Made by a program: the position numbers and the translations under genes. From the NCBI GenBank assembly GCA_017881905.1, contig JADGQI010000015.1:1-47617 (forward strand): DNA of 47,617 nt, in the 5' to 3' direction. Shown here in pieces: positions 1 to 10,303 of this stretch (positions are counted from its first letter, which is position 1; the number at the start of each line of letters is the position of its first letter). The DNA is from Chloroflexota bacterium. Lineage in GTDB: Bacteria; Chloroflexota; Limnocylindria; Limnocylindrales; CSP1-4. The notes under the pieces were generated by a model. That model had not been told where the DNA came from and ran no database searches. It saw only the letters and a list, made by a program, of their open reading frames with translations.

Positions 1-378
1 ATCGGCGAACTCGATGATCGCGATCAGGTTGCCCTCGCTGTCCTTGAACCATGCCGCTCGGTTCGGACCGACCGGGGCGATCCCGCCGACGGTCTTGAAG
101 CCGGGGAAGTCGTACTCCTCGAACACGATGCCGCGTGCCCGGGCGTCGGCCACCTCGCCTTCCAGGTCGTCGGTCGTGAACGCCATCTGGGTGTGCGTCC
201 CGGTCGATAGAGCCGAGCCCTTCGAGGCGGCGAACAGGGTACCTTCGCCGGCCCGATACAGGACCGCCGTGGGTTGGACGGAGTACGGGGTGAAGCCGAG
301 GGTGTCTTCGTAGAAGGCCCGTGCCCGATCGAGATCGGCGACGGGCAGGGTGACGTGAACGCGTCGCTCAGCGAGCAA
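1..378 (-). CDS. VOC/glyoxalase-family protein; C-terminal end runs off the window; TTG start, so absent from the ORF track
   Basis: Minus-strand frame reads LLAERRVHVTLPVADLDRARAFYEDTLGFTPYS...MAFTTDDLEGEVADARARGIVFEEYDFPG...AWFKDSEGNLIAIIEFAD, a glyoxalase/bleomycin-resistance-like pattern. TTG at 378 has GGAGG 7 nt upstream. Confidence 0.7.
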   Translation of the reverse strand, partial: MLAERRVHVTLPVADLDRARAFYEDTLGFTPYSVQPTAVLYRAGEGTLFAASKGSALSTGTHTQMAFTTDDLEGEVADARARGIVFEEYDFPGFKTVGGIAPVGPNRAAWFKDSEGNLIAIIEFAD

Positions 379-449
379 TCGGAGGCCTCCAGGGTTTGTC
401 GATCCGGCTCACGACATCGACACCCCGCCGGGCGGTGGGGGTCGTCGTC

Positions 450-455
450 TACGAT
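450..455 (+). promoter_or_regulatory. -10-like box TACGAT, 9 nt upstream of the aspS ATG (leaderless candidate)
   Basis: TACGATacgcccgccATG. No Shine-Dalgarno between box and ATG. The same TACGAT box lies 9 nt upstream of the iscS-like ATG at 8091. Confidence 0.45.
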
Positions 456-464
456 ACGCCCGCC

Positions 465-2357
465 ATGAACGACCATCCCGCGCCCCCCTCACTCGCCACG
501 CCGTACCGTTCCCATACGTGCGGGCAGCTTCGCCCGGTCGACGTCGGAGTCACCGCCCGCCTCGCGGGCTGGGTCCACCGCCGGCGTGACCACGGCCAGT
601 TGATCTTCCTCGACCTGCGCGACCGGCACGGGCTGACCCAGGTCGTGATCGATGCGACCGAGTCGCCGGAGGCCCACGAGCGCGCCAGCCTGGTCCGCAA
701 CGAGTTCGTGGTGATGGTCGAAGGCACCGTGGCGAAGCGGATGGCCGGCAAGGAGAACCTGGACCTGCCGACCGGCGAGATCGAGCTGCGGGCGACCTCC
801 GTCGAGATCCTCAGCGAGGCGAAGACTCCGCCGTTCTATATCAACGAGCCCGATGCCCCGGTCGACGAGGCGCTCCGGCTGAAGTACCGCTACCTCGACA
901 TCCGCCGTGAGCCGATGCAGCGCCGCCTGCTCCTCCGGTCGCGCCTCGTCCGGGCGATCCACGAGGTCCATCAGGATCACGGGTTCATCGAGGTCGAGAC
1001 GCCCGACCTGATCAAGTCCACCCCTGAGGGCGCCCGAGACTTCATCGTCCCGAGCCGGCTCCAGCCGGGCACGGTCTACGCCCTACCCCAGAGCCCTCAG
1101 CAACTGAAGCAGCTCCTGATGGTGGCCGGGATCGATCGCTACTACCAGATCGCCCGGTGCTTCCGAGACGAGGACATGCGCGGCGATCGCCAGCCGGAAT
1201 TCACCCAGCTCGACCTTGAGATGAGCTTCGTTGACGAGGCGACGGTGATGGCCTTCGTCGAGACGATGGCGATCGAGGTCTCCCGCTCGACGGTCCCCGA
1301 CCGGCCGATCCTCCAGGTCCCGTTCCCGCGCTTCACCTACGACGAGGCGATCGAGCGGTACGGCACCGACAAGCCCGACCTCAGGTTCGGGATGGAGCTG
1401 GTCGACATCCGATCCGCGTTGGTCGATGTCGCGGACCACCCGATGTCGACGGGGTTCGCCGTCTTCGACACAGCGCTCGCCGAGGGCCTGTCGGTGAAGG
1501 CCATCGTCGCGCCTGGCCTCGCCGGGGCATCCCGGCGTGAGATCGACGAGCTCGTCGAGACGGCTCGACGTTTCGGAGCACGGGGTCTGGTCCACGTCGC
1601 CGTCGACGAGGACGGCGTCCGGTCGCCGATCGGCAAATTCGTCGGCGACCGCCGGTTGAAGATCATCGCCACCGAAGCGGGCGCCGGCCCGGGCGATCTC
1701 GTCCTGATCGTGGCCGACACCGCCGCGATCACCGCCGATGTCCTCGGACGGCTGCGGGTCCACCTCGGTGAGCGGCTCGGTCTGACCGATCCCGACGTGC
1801 TGGCCTACTGCTGGGTCCACCGCTTCCCGATGTACCAGTGGGACGACGAGCACCGCCGCTGGGACGCCACCCACAACCCCTTCAGCGGCGTGCTGCCGGA
1901 GGACCTCGCGCTGCTTGACACAGCGAGCGGGGACCTTGCGGTGCGGTCCCCTGGGGATCCGGCCGGGCGTGCCCGGGCGATGCAGTACGACCTCGCACTG
2001 AACGGCTGGGAGCTCGGCGGCGGGAGCGTCCGGATCCACCGGCGCGACCTGCTCGAGCGGAGCTTCGCCCTCCAGGGCCAGAGCGTCGACGGGATGCGAG
2101 GCAAGTTCGGGGCGGTCCTCGACGCGTTCGAGTACGGCGCCCCGCCGCACGGCGGGATCGCCCTCGGGATCGATCGCTGGGCGATGATCCTCAGTCGGCA
2201 GACGAACATCCGCGAGGTGACGGCCTTCCCGAAGACCCAGTCGGGGACGGACCTCATGCTCGACGCACCGTCCGCGCCGGATCCGGGCCAATACGCCGAG
2301 CTCGGCCTGCGCTACGTGGGCCTGTCCGAGCGCGAGGTCGGCCCCGGATCGCGATGA
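465..2357 (+). CDS. aspS: aspartate--tRNA ligase
   Basis: RSHTCGQLR...GWVHRRRDHGQLIFLDLRDRHG (OB anticodon-binding N-domain), FRDEDMRGDRQPEFTQLD (class II motif 2), GGGSVRIH and GIALGIDR (motif 3). Start taken at the internal ATG 465 of track ORF 396..2357. Confidence 0.95.
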   Translation: MNDHPAPPSLATPYRSHTCGQLRPVDVGVTARLAGWVHRRRDHGQLIFLDLRDRHGLTQVVIDATESPEAHERASLVRNEFVVMVEGTVAKRMAGKENLDLPTGEIELRATSVEILSEAKTPPFYINEPDAPVDEALRLKYRYLDIRREPMQRRLLLRSRLVRAIHEVHQDHGFIEVETPDLIKSTPEGARDFIVPSRLQPGTVYALPQSPQQLKQLLMVAGIDRYYQIARCFRDEDMRGDRQPEFTQLDLEMSFVDEATVMAFVETMAIEVSRSTVPDRPILQVPFPRFTYDEAIERYGTDKPDLRFGMELVDIRSALVDVADHPMSTGFAVFDTALAEGLSVKAIVAPGLAGASRREIDELVETARRFGARGLVHVAVDEDGVRSPIGKFVGDRRLKIIATEAGAGPGDLVLIVADTAAITADVLGRLRVHLGERLGLTDPDVLAYCWVHRFPMYQWDDEHRRWDATHNPFSGVLPEDLALLDTASGDLAVRSPGDPAGRARAMQYDLALNGWELGGGSVRIHRRDLLERSFALQGQSVDGMRGKFGAVLDAFEYGAPPHGGIALGIDRWAMILSRQTNIREVTAFPKTQSGTDLMLDAPSAPDPGQYAELGLRYVGLSEREVGPGSR

Positions 2358-3241
2358 CCGATCCGCACGGGACCGGCGACCCGCCGATGTCCTACGCCGA
2401 GAAGTACCGCGGGACCGAATGGGGACGTCCGGAACCGGCCCCGGCCCCGCCCCGGCCGCCACGCTCCCGCGGCCCGTTCGTGGCGGCCGTCGTCGCCGTC
2501 GTGGCCATCGGCGTGGCCGCGCTCGGCATCGGTGCGTTGGCCCTGTCACCCAGCAAGCCGGTCGCGAACCTCGGGAGCCTTCCGAGTGCCGGAGCCGCAT
2601 CGGTCGATCAGCCGACCGCGGTGCCCACGCCGTCGCCCACCCCGGACCCGGGCAAGGCGGTCATGGACAAGGTCTGGGCTGTCGTCAACGCCCCGGACCT
2701 GAGCTATCACATGACGGCCCGTGGCACCTCCAAGTTCGACCGTCAGAAGAAGGTATCGGTCACCGAATCCGTCGACGTCGTCGGGGACGACTTCTCGGGC
2801 ACCTACAAGATCCCGGCGGGAACGGCCCGGATCGCCCGTAAGGCTGGGGTCGTCTGGGCCAAGGGCGCCGGACCGCGGTTCGGGCTCCAGCTCAGCACGC
2901 GCACGCTCCGCCTGACGCCGTTCCTGTGCATCCAGATGCCGGCCTGGCTGGACTACGTCAAGCCCGTTACCGTCGACGGCCGGCACCTCCACCTGCTTCG
3001 GTCCAACCGGTTCTACCGGCCCGACATCCCACGGATGGGCCTGCTCGTGCGATTCCCGTACGAGCCCGATCGGATGACCCTCGACCTGTATGTCACCGAT
3101 GCCGGTGTACCGGTCTCGGGGACATTCGCAGTGGACCTGACCGGGACGGATTCCGCGGGCAGGCACACGTTCCACGATCGCGTCGACTACACGTTCTCGA
3201 AGGTCGGCGGGAAGTTCAGGATCGTCGTCCCGAAGCGCTGA
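2354..3241 (+). CDS. hypothetical membrane-anchored protein (Pro-rich N-terminus, one TM, about 200-aa outside domain)
   Basis: ATGA overlap with the aspS stop. TM FVAAVVAVVAIGVAALGIGALAL. High GC3. No family recognised. Confidence 0.6.
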   Translation: MTDPHGTGDPPMSYAEKYRGTEWGRPEPAPAPPRPPRSRGPFVAAVVAVVAIGVAALGIGALALSPSKPVANLGSLPSAGAASVDQPTAVPTPSPTPDPGKAVMDKVWAVVNAPDLSYHMTARGTSKFDRQKKVSVTESVDVVGDDFSGTYKIPAGTARIARKAGVVWAKGAGPRFGLQLSTRTLRLTPFLCIQMPAWLDYVKPVTVDGRHLHLLRSNRFYRPDIPRMGLLVRFPYEPDRMTLDLYVTDAGVPVSGTFAVDLTGTDSAGRHTFHDRVDYTFSKVGGKFRIVVPKR

Positions 3242-3247
3242 CGGGTC

Positions 3248-3922
3248 TCACACCTCCGAGGCGGGATCGGGCTCCGGGAGGCCGGCCGCGGCTGCGATGT
3301 CGGCGCCCCATTCGCGGCCGGACCCGGCGGGCGGATCGGGTGGACCCTCGTACGCGGGCAGGTCGACGAACGGTGTATCGACGCCGTGGATAACGCCGGG
3401 ATCGCCGAGCTCGACGAGTCGGGAAGGGATCGCGGCCGCCAGGTCGGCGACGACATCCGGGGGCATCCGATCGGGGGGGATGTCACGGAGCGCATCGAGA
3501 TGACGGATCGGAAGCAGGACCGGCCATCCGGCGTCGCCGTGCCACGCCGGCCGGAGGAGCGTGCCGGGGTCCGTCCCGTGGGCCTCGATCAGCGACGTGA
3601 TCGTCTCGGGCCCGACCCAGGTCATCCGCCCCGGCCAGAGGAGGGCCGCCGACGTCTCGCCGACCTCGGACTCGGCGAGCTCGACGCCACGGACCATCTG
3701 GCCGGCCGGGCCGCCCGCGTCGGGCGCGGGCGAGCCCCACGAGGCCTCGGTCCCGGCGAGGGCGCTCGCGACCCCGCCATCCGGGTCGGGCGACACGACC
3801 ACGATCGGAAGGGCCCCGCCTGACCAGGCGAGATCCACCAGGCGGCGCACCCGGGGCTGGCCGAGCGTGTCGGTCAGGGAACCTTCGGCGGTGGCGGACA
3901 GGATGACGGCGGCGACGGTCAT
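3248..3922 (-). CDS. MobA-like nucleotidyltransferase-fold protein (degenerate N-terminal G-loop)
   Basis: MTVAAVILSA...ALPIVVVSPD... resembles NTP_transf_3/MocA-type proteins, but the usual GxSxRMG loop is not intact. High GC3. Confidence 0.5.
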   Translation of the reverse strand: MTVAAVILSATAEGSLTDTLGQPRVRRLVDLAWSGGALPIVVVSPDPDGGVASALAGTEASWGSPAPDAGGPAGQMVRGVELAESEVGETSAALLWPGRMTWVGPETITSLIEAHGTDPGTLLRPAWHGDAGWPVLLPIRHLDALRDIPPDRMPPDVVADLAAAIPSRLVELGDPGVIHGVDTPFVDLPAYEGPPDPPAGSGREWGADIAAAAGLPEPDPASEV

Positions 3923-3928
3923 GGGCTG

Positions 3929-3934
3929 AATCTA
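3929..3934 (-). promoter_or_regulatory. -10-like box TAGATT, 6 nt upstream of ATG 3922 (leaderless candidate)
   Basis: Minus strand reads TAGATTcagcccATG. Confidence 0.45.
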
Positions 3935-3959
3935 CCAGTCGACATCACCCGCGCAGGTC

Positions 3960-3989
3960 TTGACCGGATGGCCTCCCGGCCGATACGTT
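3960..3989 (+). promoter_or_regulatory. sigma-70/SigA-like promoter TTGACC-18 nt-TACGTT
   Basis: TTGACC at 3960-3965 and TACGTT at 3984-3989. Lies about 185 nt upstream of the S53 peptidase ATG. Confidence 0.45.
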
Positions 3990-4175
3990 GACGGCTACCG
4001 ACGGAGGCTCCTGCGCCGGGACGGCTGGGACCGCGCCGACGAAGGTCGGCGGAGGAGGGAGGGCAAGCTCAGCGTCGCCTCGACCCGCGGTCCGATCGCG
4101 GACCGGCCGGTCGAACCCAAGGCTTCATCGACGTGTTCCACGTTCATCCCCGGTGATCAAGGAGACGCACCTCAC

Positions 4176-5561
4176 ATGCATCTGAACTCGACCCTGCTTC
4201 GGTCGACCGCCTCACGCATCGCCGCGCTCGGTGCCGCGGCGGTCCTCGCCACATCGGGGGTCGCTCCGGCGACCGCCCTCGCCGTCGACGTCGTGCCGCA
4301 CCGGATCCAGGTCCACCCGGACCGAACGCTGGTCCACAAGGCCGCTGCCGCACACTTCGCGTGCCAGGACCGGCCGATCGGCGCCGGGCGCTGCTACGAC
4401 CCGGGCCAGATCCAGCGGGCCTACGGCGTCGACGCCCTGCTCGCCCACGGGATCACGGGCAAGAAGCGGACGATCGTGATCGTCGACGCCTTCTCGAACC
4501 CGTATGTCGCGTCGGACCTCGCGATCTTCGACGCCACCTTCGGCCTGCCCGATCCGGTGCTCAAGGTGATCGCGCCGCAGGGGGTCCCGGACTTCGACTT
4601 CAACAACCCCGACCACACCGGTTGGGCCGGTGAGATCACGCTCGACGTCCAGTGGGCCCACGCCATCGCGCCGCAGGCCAAGATCGTCCTCGTCGAGGCC
4701 AAGTCGTCCGAGGACGCCGACATCCTGGCGGCGACCAAGTACGCCGTCGACCACAACCTCGGCGACGTCATCTCGCAGAGCTTCGGCGAAGGCGAGACGT
4801 GCGTCCTGCCCGATCTCCTCGACGCGCAGCATCGCGTGTTCAAGCGGGCGACCGACAAGGGGATCACCCTGATCGCCGCGACCGGCGATGACGGCGTCGC
4901 CCAGTTCGCCTGCGACGGCAGCGACGCGGTGTTCAAGGACGCCTCCTCGCCGGCGACCGATCCGCTCGTCCTCGGCGTCGGCGGGACGACGCTCGACGCG
5001 GGCGCCAAAGGCCGCTACAAGGGCGAGACCGCCTGGTCGGAAGCCCAGGACATCGGCATCCCGTGCCTGACCGCCGACGGCGATGGCTGCAGCGGCGGCG
5101 GGTTCTCGGACAGCTACCGACGTCCGTCGTACCAGGCCGGCTTCGGGGGCACGCGCCGCTCGGCGCGAGGCATCCCGGACGTCGCCTACTCGGCCGGCGT
5201 CGACGGGGGAGTCCTCCTCCATGACGGCGTGTTCCTCCAGGTCCTCGGGCTGGATCCGCTCGATCCGACGCTCTTCTTCCGCGCCGGGGGAACGAGTGAA
5301 GGGTCGCCCCAGTGGGCCGGCCTGATCGCCCTCGCCGACCAGCTGGCCGGTCATCGGCTCGGCCTGGTCAACGACGACCTCTACGGCTTCGCAAGGTCGT
5401 CGCCTACCTACGCCCGGACGTTCCACGACATCCGCTCGGGTACGAACGACTTCGCCGGGATCGAGGGGTACGAGACGTCGAGGGGCTGGGACCCGGTCAC
5501 GGGCCTCGGCAGCCCGAAGGCGAACGTGCTCGTCCCGCTCCTTGCGGCGACCGCCCACTGA
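4176..5561 (+). CDS. secreted S53 (sedolisin/kumamolisin-like) serine peptidase
   Basis: Signal-like N-terminus [88 protein letters not shown] (GGTS serine motif). AAGGAG-type SD upstream of ATG 4176. Confidence 0.8.
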   Translation: MHLNSTLLRSTASRIAALGAAAVLATSGVAPATALAVDVVPHRIQVHPDRTLVHKAAAAHFACQDRPIGAGRCYDPGQIQRAYGVDALLAHGITGKKRTIVIVDAFSNPYVASDLAIFDATFGLPDPVLKVIAPQGVPDFDFNNPDHTGWAGEITLDVQWAHAIAPQAKIVLVEAKSSEDADILAATKYAVDHNLGDVISQSFGEGETCVLPDLLDAQHRVFKRATDKGITLIAATGDDGVAQFACDGSDAVFKDASSPATDPLVLGVGGTTLDAGAKGRYKGETAWSEAQDIGIPCLTADGDGCSGGGFSDSYRRPSYQAGFGGTRRSARGIPDVAYSAGVDGGVLLHDGVFLQVLGLDPLDPTLFFRAGGTSEGSPQWAGLIALADQLAGHRLGLVNDDLYGFARSSPTYARTFHDIRSGTNDFAGIEGYETSRGWDPVTGLGSPKANVLVPLLAATAH

Positions 5562-5722
5562 CGGCCAGATGACCGGTCCCTGACCGGTCGCACGAGAACC
5601 GATCCGGACGCCGGCCCTTCACCCGGGCCGGCGTCCGTGCGTCCGGAGCCGTGCCATCCCGCGATCCGGCCGATCCATGCGAGAATGGCGCGGCCCCATC
5701 GACCCAGGAGATCCGCATCACC

Positions 5723-7630
5723 GTGCCCGCCGCCGCTCCATCCGCGATCCGGTCCGACCTTCGGAACATCGCCATCGTCGCGCACGTCGACCACGGCAAG
5801 ACGACCCTGGTCGATGCGATGCTTCGCCAGACCGGGACGTTCCGGGCCAACCAGGCGCTCGTCGACCGGGTCATGGACTCGGGTGACCTCGAGCGTGAGA
5901 AGGGCATCACGATCCTGGCCAAGCAGACCACGGTCGACCACGCCGGGATCCGCCTGAACATCGTCGATACCCCGGGCCATGCCGACTTCGGCGGCGAGGT
6001 CGAGCGCTCGCTCCTGATGGTCGATGCCGTGCTGCTCCTGGTGGATGCCGCGGAGGGCCCGCTGCCGCAGACGCGCTACGTGCTCAAGAAGGCGATGGCT
6101 CGCCACCTGCCCGTCGTCGTCGCCCTCAACAAGATCGATCGTGGTGACGCGCGCCCGGCCGAGGTCCTTGACGCCGTGTACGAGCTGTTCATCGACCTCG
6201 GAGCGGACGAGGATCAGATCGACTTCCCCGTGGTCTATACGAACGCCAAGGCGGGCACCGCCACGCTCGACCCGGGGCAGCCCGGGACGGACCTGACCCC
6301 GCTGCTCGACCTGCTCGTGCGGGTCACGCCTCCGCCGACCTACGAGGAGGGTCACCCGCTCCAGCTCCTGGTCACGAACCTGTCGGCCAACGACTACGTC
6401 GGCCGGATGGCGGTCGGGCGGATCTGGAACGGGCGGATCCGGATGGGTCAGCGCGTGACGGTCGTGCGTGACGAGGCAGGCGACACCGCCGGCCGGGTGG
6501 AGCCCGGGCGGACCGTCCTGCTGGCGGGCACGGTGACCAGCCTCCAGACCGCCCACGGCATCGACCGGGTCGACATCGCCGAGGCCGGACCGGGCGACAT
6601 CGTGTCCGTCGCCGGCTTGCCCGAGGTGACGATCGGGGACACCCTGACCGACCCGGGCGACCCCCGCCCGATGCCGCGCCTCGACGTCGACGCACCGACG
6701 CTCCGGATGACCTTCGGCGTGAACACGTCGCCGCTGTCCGGCCGCGACGGGAAGTACGTCACCAGTCGTCAGATCAAGGCGAGGCTCGAGAAGGAGACCT
6801 TGGGCAACGTCTCGATCGAGGTCTACCCGACCGAGTCGGGCGACACGTACGAGGTCCGCGGCCGCGGCGAGCTCCAGCTGGCGATCCTGATCGAGCAGAT
6901 GCGGCGCGAAGGGTTCGAGCTCACGGTCAGCCGCCCGGAGGTCATCCTGCGGACCGTCGGCGGCCGCGTCGAGGAGCCGTACGAGCGGATCACGATCGAC
7001 ATCCCGCCCGACTACATCGGCGAGGTCCAGACCGCGCTCGCCGGTCGCAAGGGTCGTCTCGAGCAGATGAGCTCCGACGCCGACGGCCGGGTGCGGATGG
7101 AGTTCATCATCCCGGTCCGCGGTCTGATCGGGTACCGCGGCCAGCTCCTGACCGACACCCGCGGCACGGCGCTGCTCCACCAGCTCGGCGAGGGCTACGG
7201 CCCGTGGGCAGGCGACGTCACCCACCGGACGAACGGGGTGCTGGTCGCCGATCGGACCGGTGTCTCGAATGCCTACGGGCTGTTCAACCTCGAGGATCGC
7301 GGCGAGCTGTTCATCGGTGCCGGCGAAGACGTCTACGAGGGGATGATCGTCGGTGAGAACACACGCTCCGGCGACATGAACGTCAACGCGACCAAGGCCA
7401 AGCAGCTGACCAACATCCGGACCCACTCGCACGACGAGTCCCTCCGGCTGACCCCGCCTCGCCAGATCACGCTCGAGTCGGCGATCGAGTTCATCTCGGA
7501 GGATGAGCTGGTCGAGGTGACCCCGACCTCGATCCGGCTGCGCAAGCGCTTCCTGTCGGAGCACGAGCGGCGGCGTGCCCTGGGCCGGGCCGAGCAGGCC
7601 CGGCTCGCCGACGAGCAGGCACCGGTCTAG
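5723..7630 (+). CDS. typA: translational GTPase TypA/BipA
   Basis: [45 protein letters not shown]. Start uncertain: GTG 5723 (AGGAG 12 nt upstream) is preferred over GTG 5651. Confidence 0.92.
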   Translation: MPAAAPSAIRSDLRNIAIVAHVDHGKTTLVDAMLRQTGTFRANQALVDRVMDSGDLEREKGITILAKQTTVDHAGIRLNIVDTPGHADFGGEVERSLLMVDAVLLLVDAAEGPLPQTRYVLKKAMARHLPVVVALNKIDRGDARPAEVLDAVYELFIDLGADEDQIDFPVVYTNAKAGTATLDPGQPGTDLTPLLDLLVRVTPPPTYEEGHPLQLLVTNLSANDYVGRMAVGRIWNGRIRMGQRVTVVRDEAGDTAGRVEPGRTVLLAGTVTSLQTAHGIDRVDIAEAGPGDIVSVAGLPEVTIGDTLTDPGDPRPMPRLDVDAPTLRMTFGVNTSPLSGRDGKYVTSRQIKARLEKETLGNVSIEVYPTESGDTYEVRGRGELQLAILIEQMRREGFELTVSRPEVILRTVGGRVEEPYERITIDIPPDYIGEVQTALAGRKGRLEQMSSDADGRVRMEFIIPVRGLIGYRGQLLTDTRGTALLHQLGEGYGPWAGDVTHRTNGVLVADRTGVSNAYGLFNLEDRGELFIGAGEDVYEGMIVGENTRSGDMNVNATKAKQLTNIRTHSHDESLRLTPPRQITLESAIEFISEDELVEVTPTSIRLRKRFLSEHERRRALGRAEQARLADEQAPV

Positions 7631-7764
7631 CGCGCGCCGAGGCGAACGGGTCGGGACCAGGATGTCGCGCGGACGACAGTCCCGTGGTCGCGCCGCACGG
7701 TTGCTTCGGCATCACGCGTCCGTCACCCTGACCGGAGACCCGTCGTAGCGAAGAGGGATCCCCG

Positions 7765-7998
7765 ATGGCCAAGGACGAGCGCACCGAACCCATCGCCGGC
7801 AGCGATGCACCCGAGACCTCGCCGGTCGGCGACGCCGACGACACCGAAGGCCATTCGATGGGCCTATTGATGGGCGTGAACGTGCTGAGCAACAAGCCGA
7901 GCGCCGAGCCTCGGTCCCGGTCGAAGCAGCCGACCGAGGATGAGCTCCCGCCGCTGTCGAAGACCTGGCCGAGCATGCGCGACGAGAAGAAGGCCTGA
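7765..7998 (+). CDS. small acidic hypothetical protein (77 aa)
   Basis: AGAGGGA SD 6 nt upstream of the ATG. High GC3. No domain recognised. Confidence 0.5.
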   Translation: MAKDERTEPIAGSDAPETSPVGDADDTEGHSMGLLMGVNVLSNKPSAEPRSRSKQPTEDELPPLSKTWPSMRDEKKA

Positions 7999-8075
7999 CG
8001 AAGCTCTGCTGACCGGTCGCCCCGGAGGAGCCGGACGGTCGGGATCGGTCCGGCTCGCCGGCGCCGACGGCGGGC

Positions 8076-8081
8076 TACGAT
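8076..8081 (+). promoter_or_regulatory. -10-like box TACGAT, 9 nt upstream of ATG 8091 (leaderless candidate)
   Basis: TACGATacggctcccATG. Same box and spacing as aspS. Confidence 0.45.
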
Positions 8082-8090
8082 ACGGCTCCC

Positions 8091-9272
8091 ATGACGATCT
8101 ACCTCGACCATGCCGCGACGACCCCGGTCCGCCCCGAGGTCGTCGACGCGATGCTGCCGTATCTCACCGAGGTCTTCGGCAATCCATCGTCGGCCCACGC
8201 CTACGGCCGGCGGGCGCGCGCAGCGCTGGATGAGGCGCACGAGCGACTGGCCACCCGGCTCAACGTCGGACCGCGCGAGGTCGTCTTCACGTCCGGCGGC
8301 ACCGAGTCGAACAATCTGGCCCTGAAGGGCGCGGCCTGGGCCGGCAAGGCTCACGGCCACCGGATCGTGACCAGCTCGATCGAGCACCACGCGGTCGGCC
8401 ACACGCTCAGGTACCTGGAGAAGTTCGGCTTCGAGGTCGTCGAGCTGCCGGTCGACCGATACGGCCGGCTGGACCCCGATGTGGTCGAGGCGGCCCTGAC
8501 CGACCGGACGATCCTGGTGAGCGTCATGCTGGCCAACAACGAGGTCGGGACGATCCAGCCGATCGGCGAGATCGCCGAGCGGATCCGCTCCCGACGCGGG
8601 GTGGTCCTGCACGTCGACGCGGTCCAGGCGGCGCCGTGGGTGGATCTCGACCTCGAGGCGCTCGGGGCGGACCTGGTCAGCCTGGCGGCCCACAAGTTCG
8701 AGGGTCCGAAGGGCGTCGGGGCGTTGTACGTCCGGCACGGCACACACCTCCTCGCCCAGCAGCACGGGGGGTCGCAGGAGCGTCACCGGCGAGCCGGGAC
8801 GGAGAGTCTCGCCCTGGCGGTCGGGATGGCCGCCGCCTACGAACTGTCGTGTGCCGAGCGTCCCGGGACCGTGGCGCGCGTTCGCGGCCTGCGCGATCGG
8901 CTGCGCGACGCCGTCCTGGCGGTCGACGGGGCGGAGCTCACGGGTCATCCGCGCGAGCGTCTCCCGGGACTCCTGTCGGTCGTGGTCACCGGAACGGACG
9001 GGTCCGCGGTCGCGCTGGGCCTCGACCTCGAAGGGATCGCGACGTCCGTCGGGTCGGCCTGCGCGACCGGCTCGGCCGACGTGAGCCACGTCCTGTCGGC
9101 GATGGGCTATCCGGACGATGAGGCGCGCGGCGCCCTGCGGATCTCGCTGGGCCGGACGACGACGTCGGACGAGATCGACACGGCGGTCGCGGTCATCCCG
9201 ACGGTCCTGCGCGCCCATCGCTCGGGCGAGGCCGTCCTTGCCGCGGACCCGCTGGCCGAGCTCCAGGTCTAG
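8091..9272 (+). CDS. iscS: cysteine desulfurase (NifS/IscS family, class V aminotransferase fold)
   Basis: IYLDHAATTP, GNPSSAH, FTSGGTESNN, SSIEHHAV, HKFEGPKGVGALYVR (PLP lysine), GSACATG (catalytic Cys loop). Confidence 0.9.
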   Translation: MTIYLDHAATTPVRPEVVDAMLPYLTEVFGNPSSAHAYGRRARAALDEAHERLATRLNVGPREVVFTSGGTESNNLALKGAAWAGKAHGHRIVTSSIEHHAVGHTLRYLEKFGFEVVELPVDRYGRLDPDVVEAALTDRTILVSVMLANNEVGTIQPIGEIAERIRSRRGVVLHVDAVQAAPWVDLDLEALGADLVSLAAHKFEGPKGVGALYVRHGTHLLAQQHGGSQERHRRAGTESLALAVGMAAAYELSCAERPGTVARVRGLRDRLRDAVLAVDGAELTGHPRERLPGLLSVVVTGTDGSAVALGLDLEGIATSVGSACATGSADVSHVLSAMGYPDDEARGALRISLGRTTTSDEIDTAVAVIPTVLRAHRSGEAVLAADPLAELQV

Positions 9273-10198
9273 GCTCGACCCCGGTCACGGCGGTAGCTGA
9301 CCGGCTTCGCCTGTCGGCGTCCCCAGCCCACACGCACCAGGACCACGGCCCACATCCGGTACGGTCGCCACCCGTCGGTGACGGACGAGTACGCAGCCGC
9401 ATCGGGCGGCCCGTCCAAGCCGTAGAGCTCCGCCACCGCCTCTGGACCCATCGTGTCCGACCTCGGGACCTCGTCGACGATGCCGCAGCCCCGGAGGAGG
9501 ACGGCCTCGGCCGTGAACTCCCCGACTCCGCGCAACGTCCGTAGCTCGGCGAGGGCGGCGTCCGTGGACAGACCCCGCAGGCGCTCCGTGTCGAGACGAC
9601 CCTCGAGCGCCGCCTGTGCGAGGCCGTGGAGGCGAGTCATCTTCTCGGCGTTCAGGCCGGGGACGTCGTGGAGCTCGAGGAGCCGGTCCGGGCGCGGGAA
9701 GGTCGTGAACGACCGACCGTCGAGGTCGATGCGGTCTCCCGCCAGCTCGGCCAGCCGTGCCTTGATCCGCGCCGACTGGGTCCTCGCGATCCGCTGTCCG
9801 ATCACGAACGAGGTCGCAGCCTCGTACGCCGAGTAGAAGCACACGGGTCGGAGGTAGCGGTAGTCGCGCTGGAGTCCGCCGATGATCGGGTCTCGCTCAC
9901 CGACGGCGGTCCAGCCGGTCCCGTCGCGATCGAGCGAGACCGTCCGCAGGGCCTGGGCCAGGGCGACCCCGGGATCGCCCGCCGTCACGAGCCTGACCCG
10001 GACCGGCGCCCCATCGGCCGGCTGGCTGAACTCGGCGACCGCGCCGTGGGCCCAACCGGGCTCCTCGACCGCGAAGGCCATCACCAGGCTCGTCCCGGTC
10101 GCGGCTCCGCCACCGATCCCGGCCGGGAACCCTCCGGCGAAGTCCTGGGCGGCGGCGAGGCTGAACGGTCCGCGCGGCTCGATCTCGGAGATGTCCAT
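9269..10198 (-). CDS. HhH-GPD family DNA glycosylase (AlkA / 3-methyladenine glycosylase II-like)
   Basis: [19 protein letters not shown] (helix-hairpin-helix), followed by the D-containing loop VDEVPRSD, and WRPYRMWAV at the C-terminus. Confidence 0.75.
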   Translation of the reverse strand: MDISEIEPRGPFSLAAAQDFAGGFPAGIGGGAATGTSLVMAFAVEEPGWAHGAVAEFSQPADGAPVRVRLVTAGDPGVALAQALRTVSLDRDGTGWTAVGERDPIIGGLQRDYRYLRPVCFYSAYEAATSFVIGQRIARTQSARIKARLAELAGDRIDLDGRSFTTFPRPDRLLELHDVPGLNAEKMTRLHGLAQAALEGRLDTERLRGLSTDAALAELRTLRGVGEFTAEAVLLRGCGIVDEVPRSDTMGPEAVAELYGLDGPPDAAAYSSVTDGWRPYRMWAVVLVRVGWGRRQAKPVSYRRDRGRA

Positions 10199-10288
10199 CC
10201 GCGGATGATGGACCAGTCGGGATCGACCGGGGGTTCGATCGGCCCCTTGAGCGTCCGTGGCCGGGACCGGTCACTCGACCGCTCGGGG

Positions 10289-10294
10289 TAGGAT
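10289..10294 (+). promoter_or_regulatory. -10-like box TAGGAT, 9 nt upstream of the uORF ATG 10304
   Basis: TAGGATgcccacctgATG. Confidence 0.4.
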
Positions 10295-10303
10295 GCCCAC
10301 CTG

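Noticed and set aside
3990-4175. Possible riboswitch in the S53 peptidase leader
   Set aside because: I could not match conserved cores of cobalamin, SAM, TPP, glycine, c-di-GMP or ydaO-type elements by eye. It is kept only as a long-leader observation.
5408-7564. 718-aa minus-strand ORF, plus similar long antisense ORFs (1083..2600, 7491..9218, 22819..24687, 24663..27197, 28509..30272, 37611..39698, 44606..46384)
   Set aside because: All lie opposite confidently identified genes (aspS, typA, iscS-like, xseA, dxs, recN, ispH/der, decarboxylase). All show the same R/P/G/D-rich shadow composition and have no recognisable domain.
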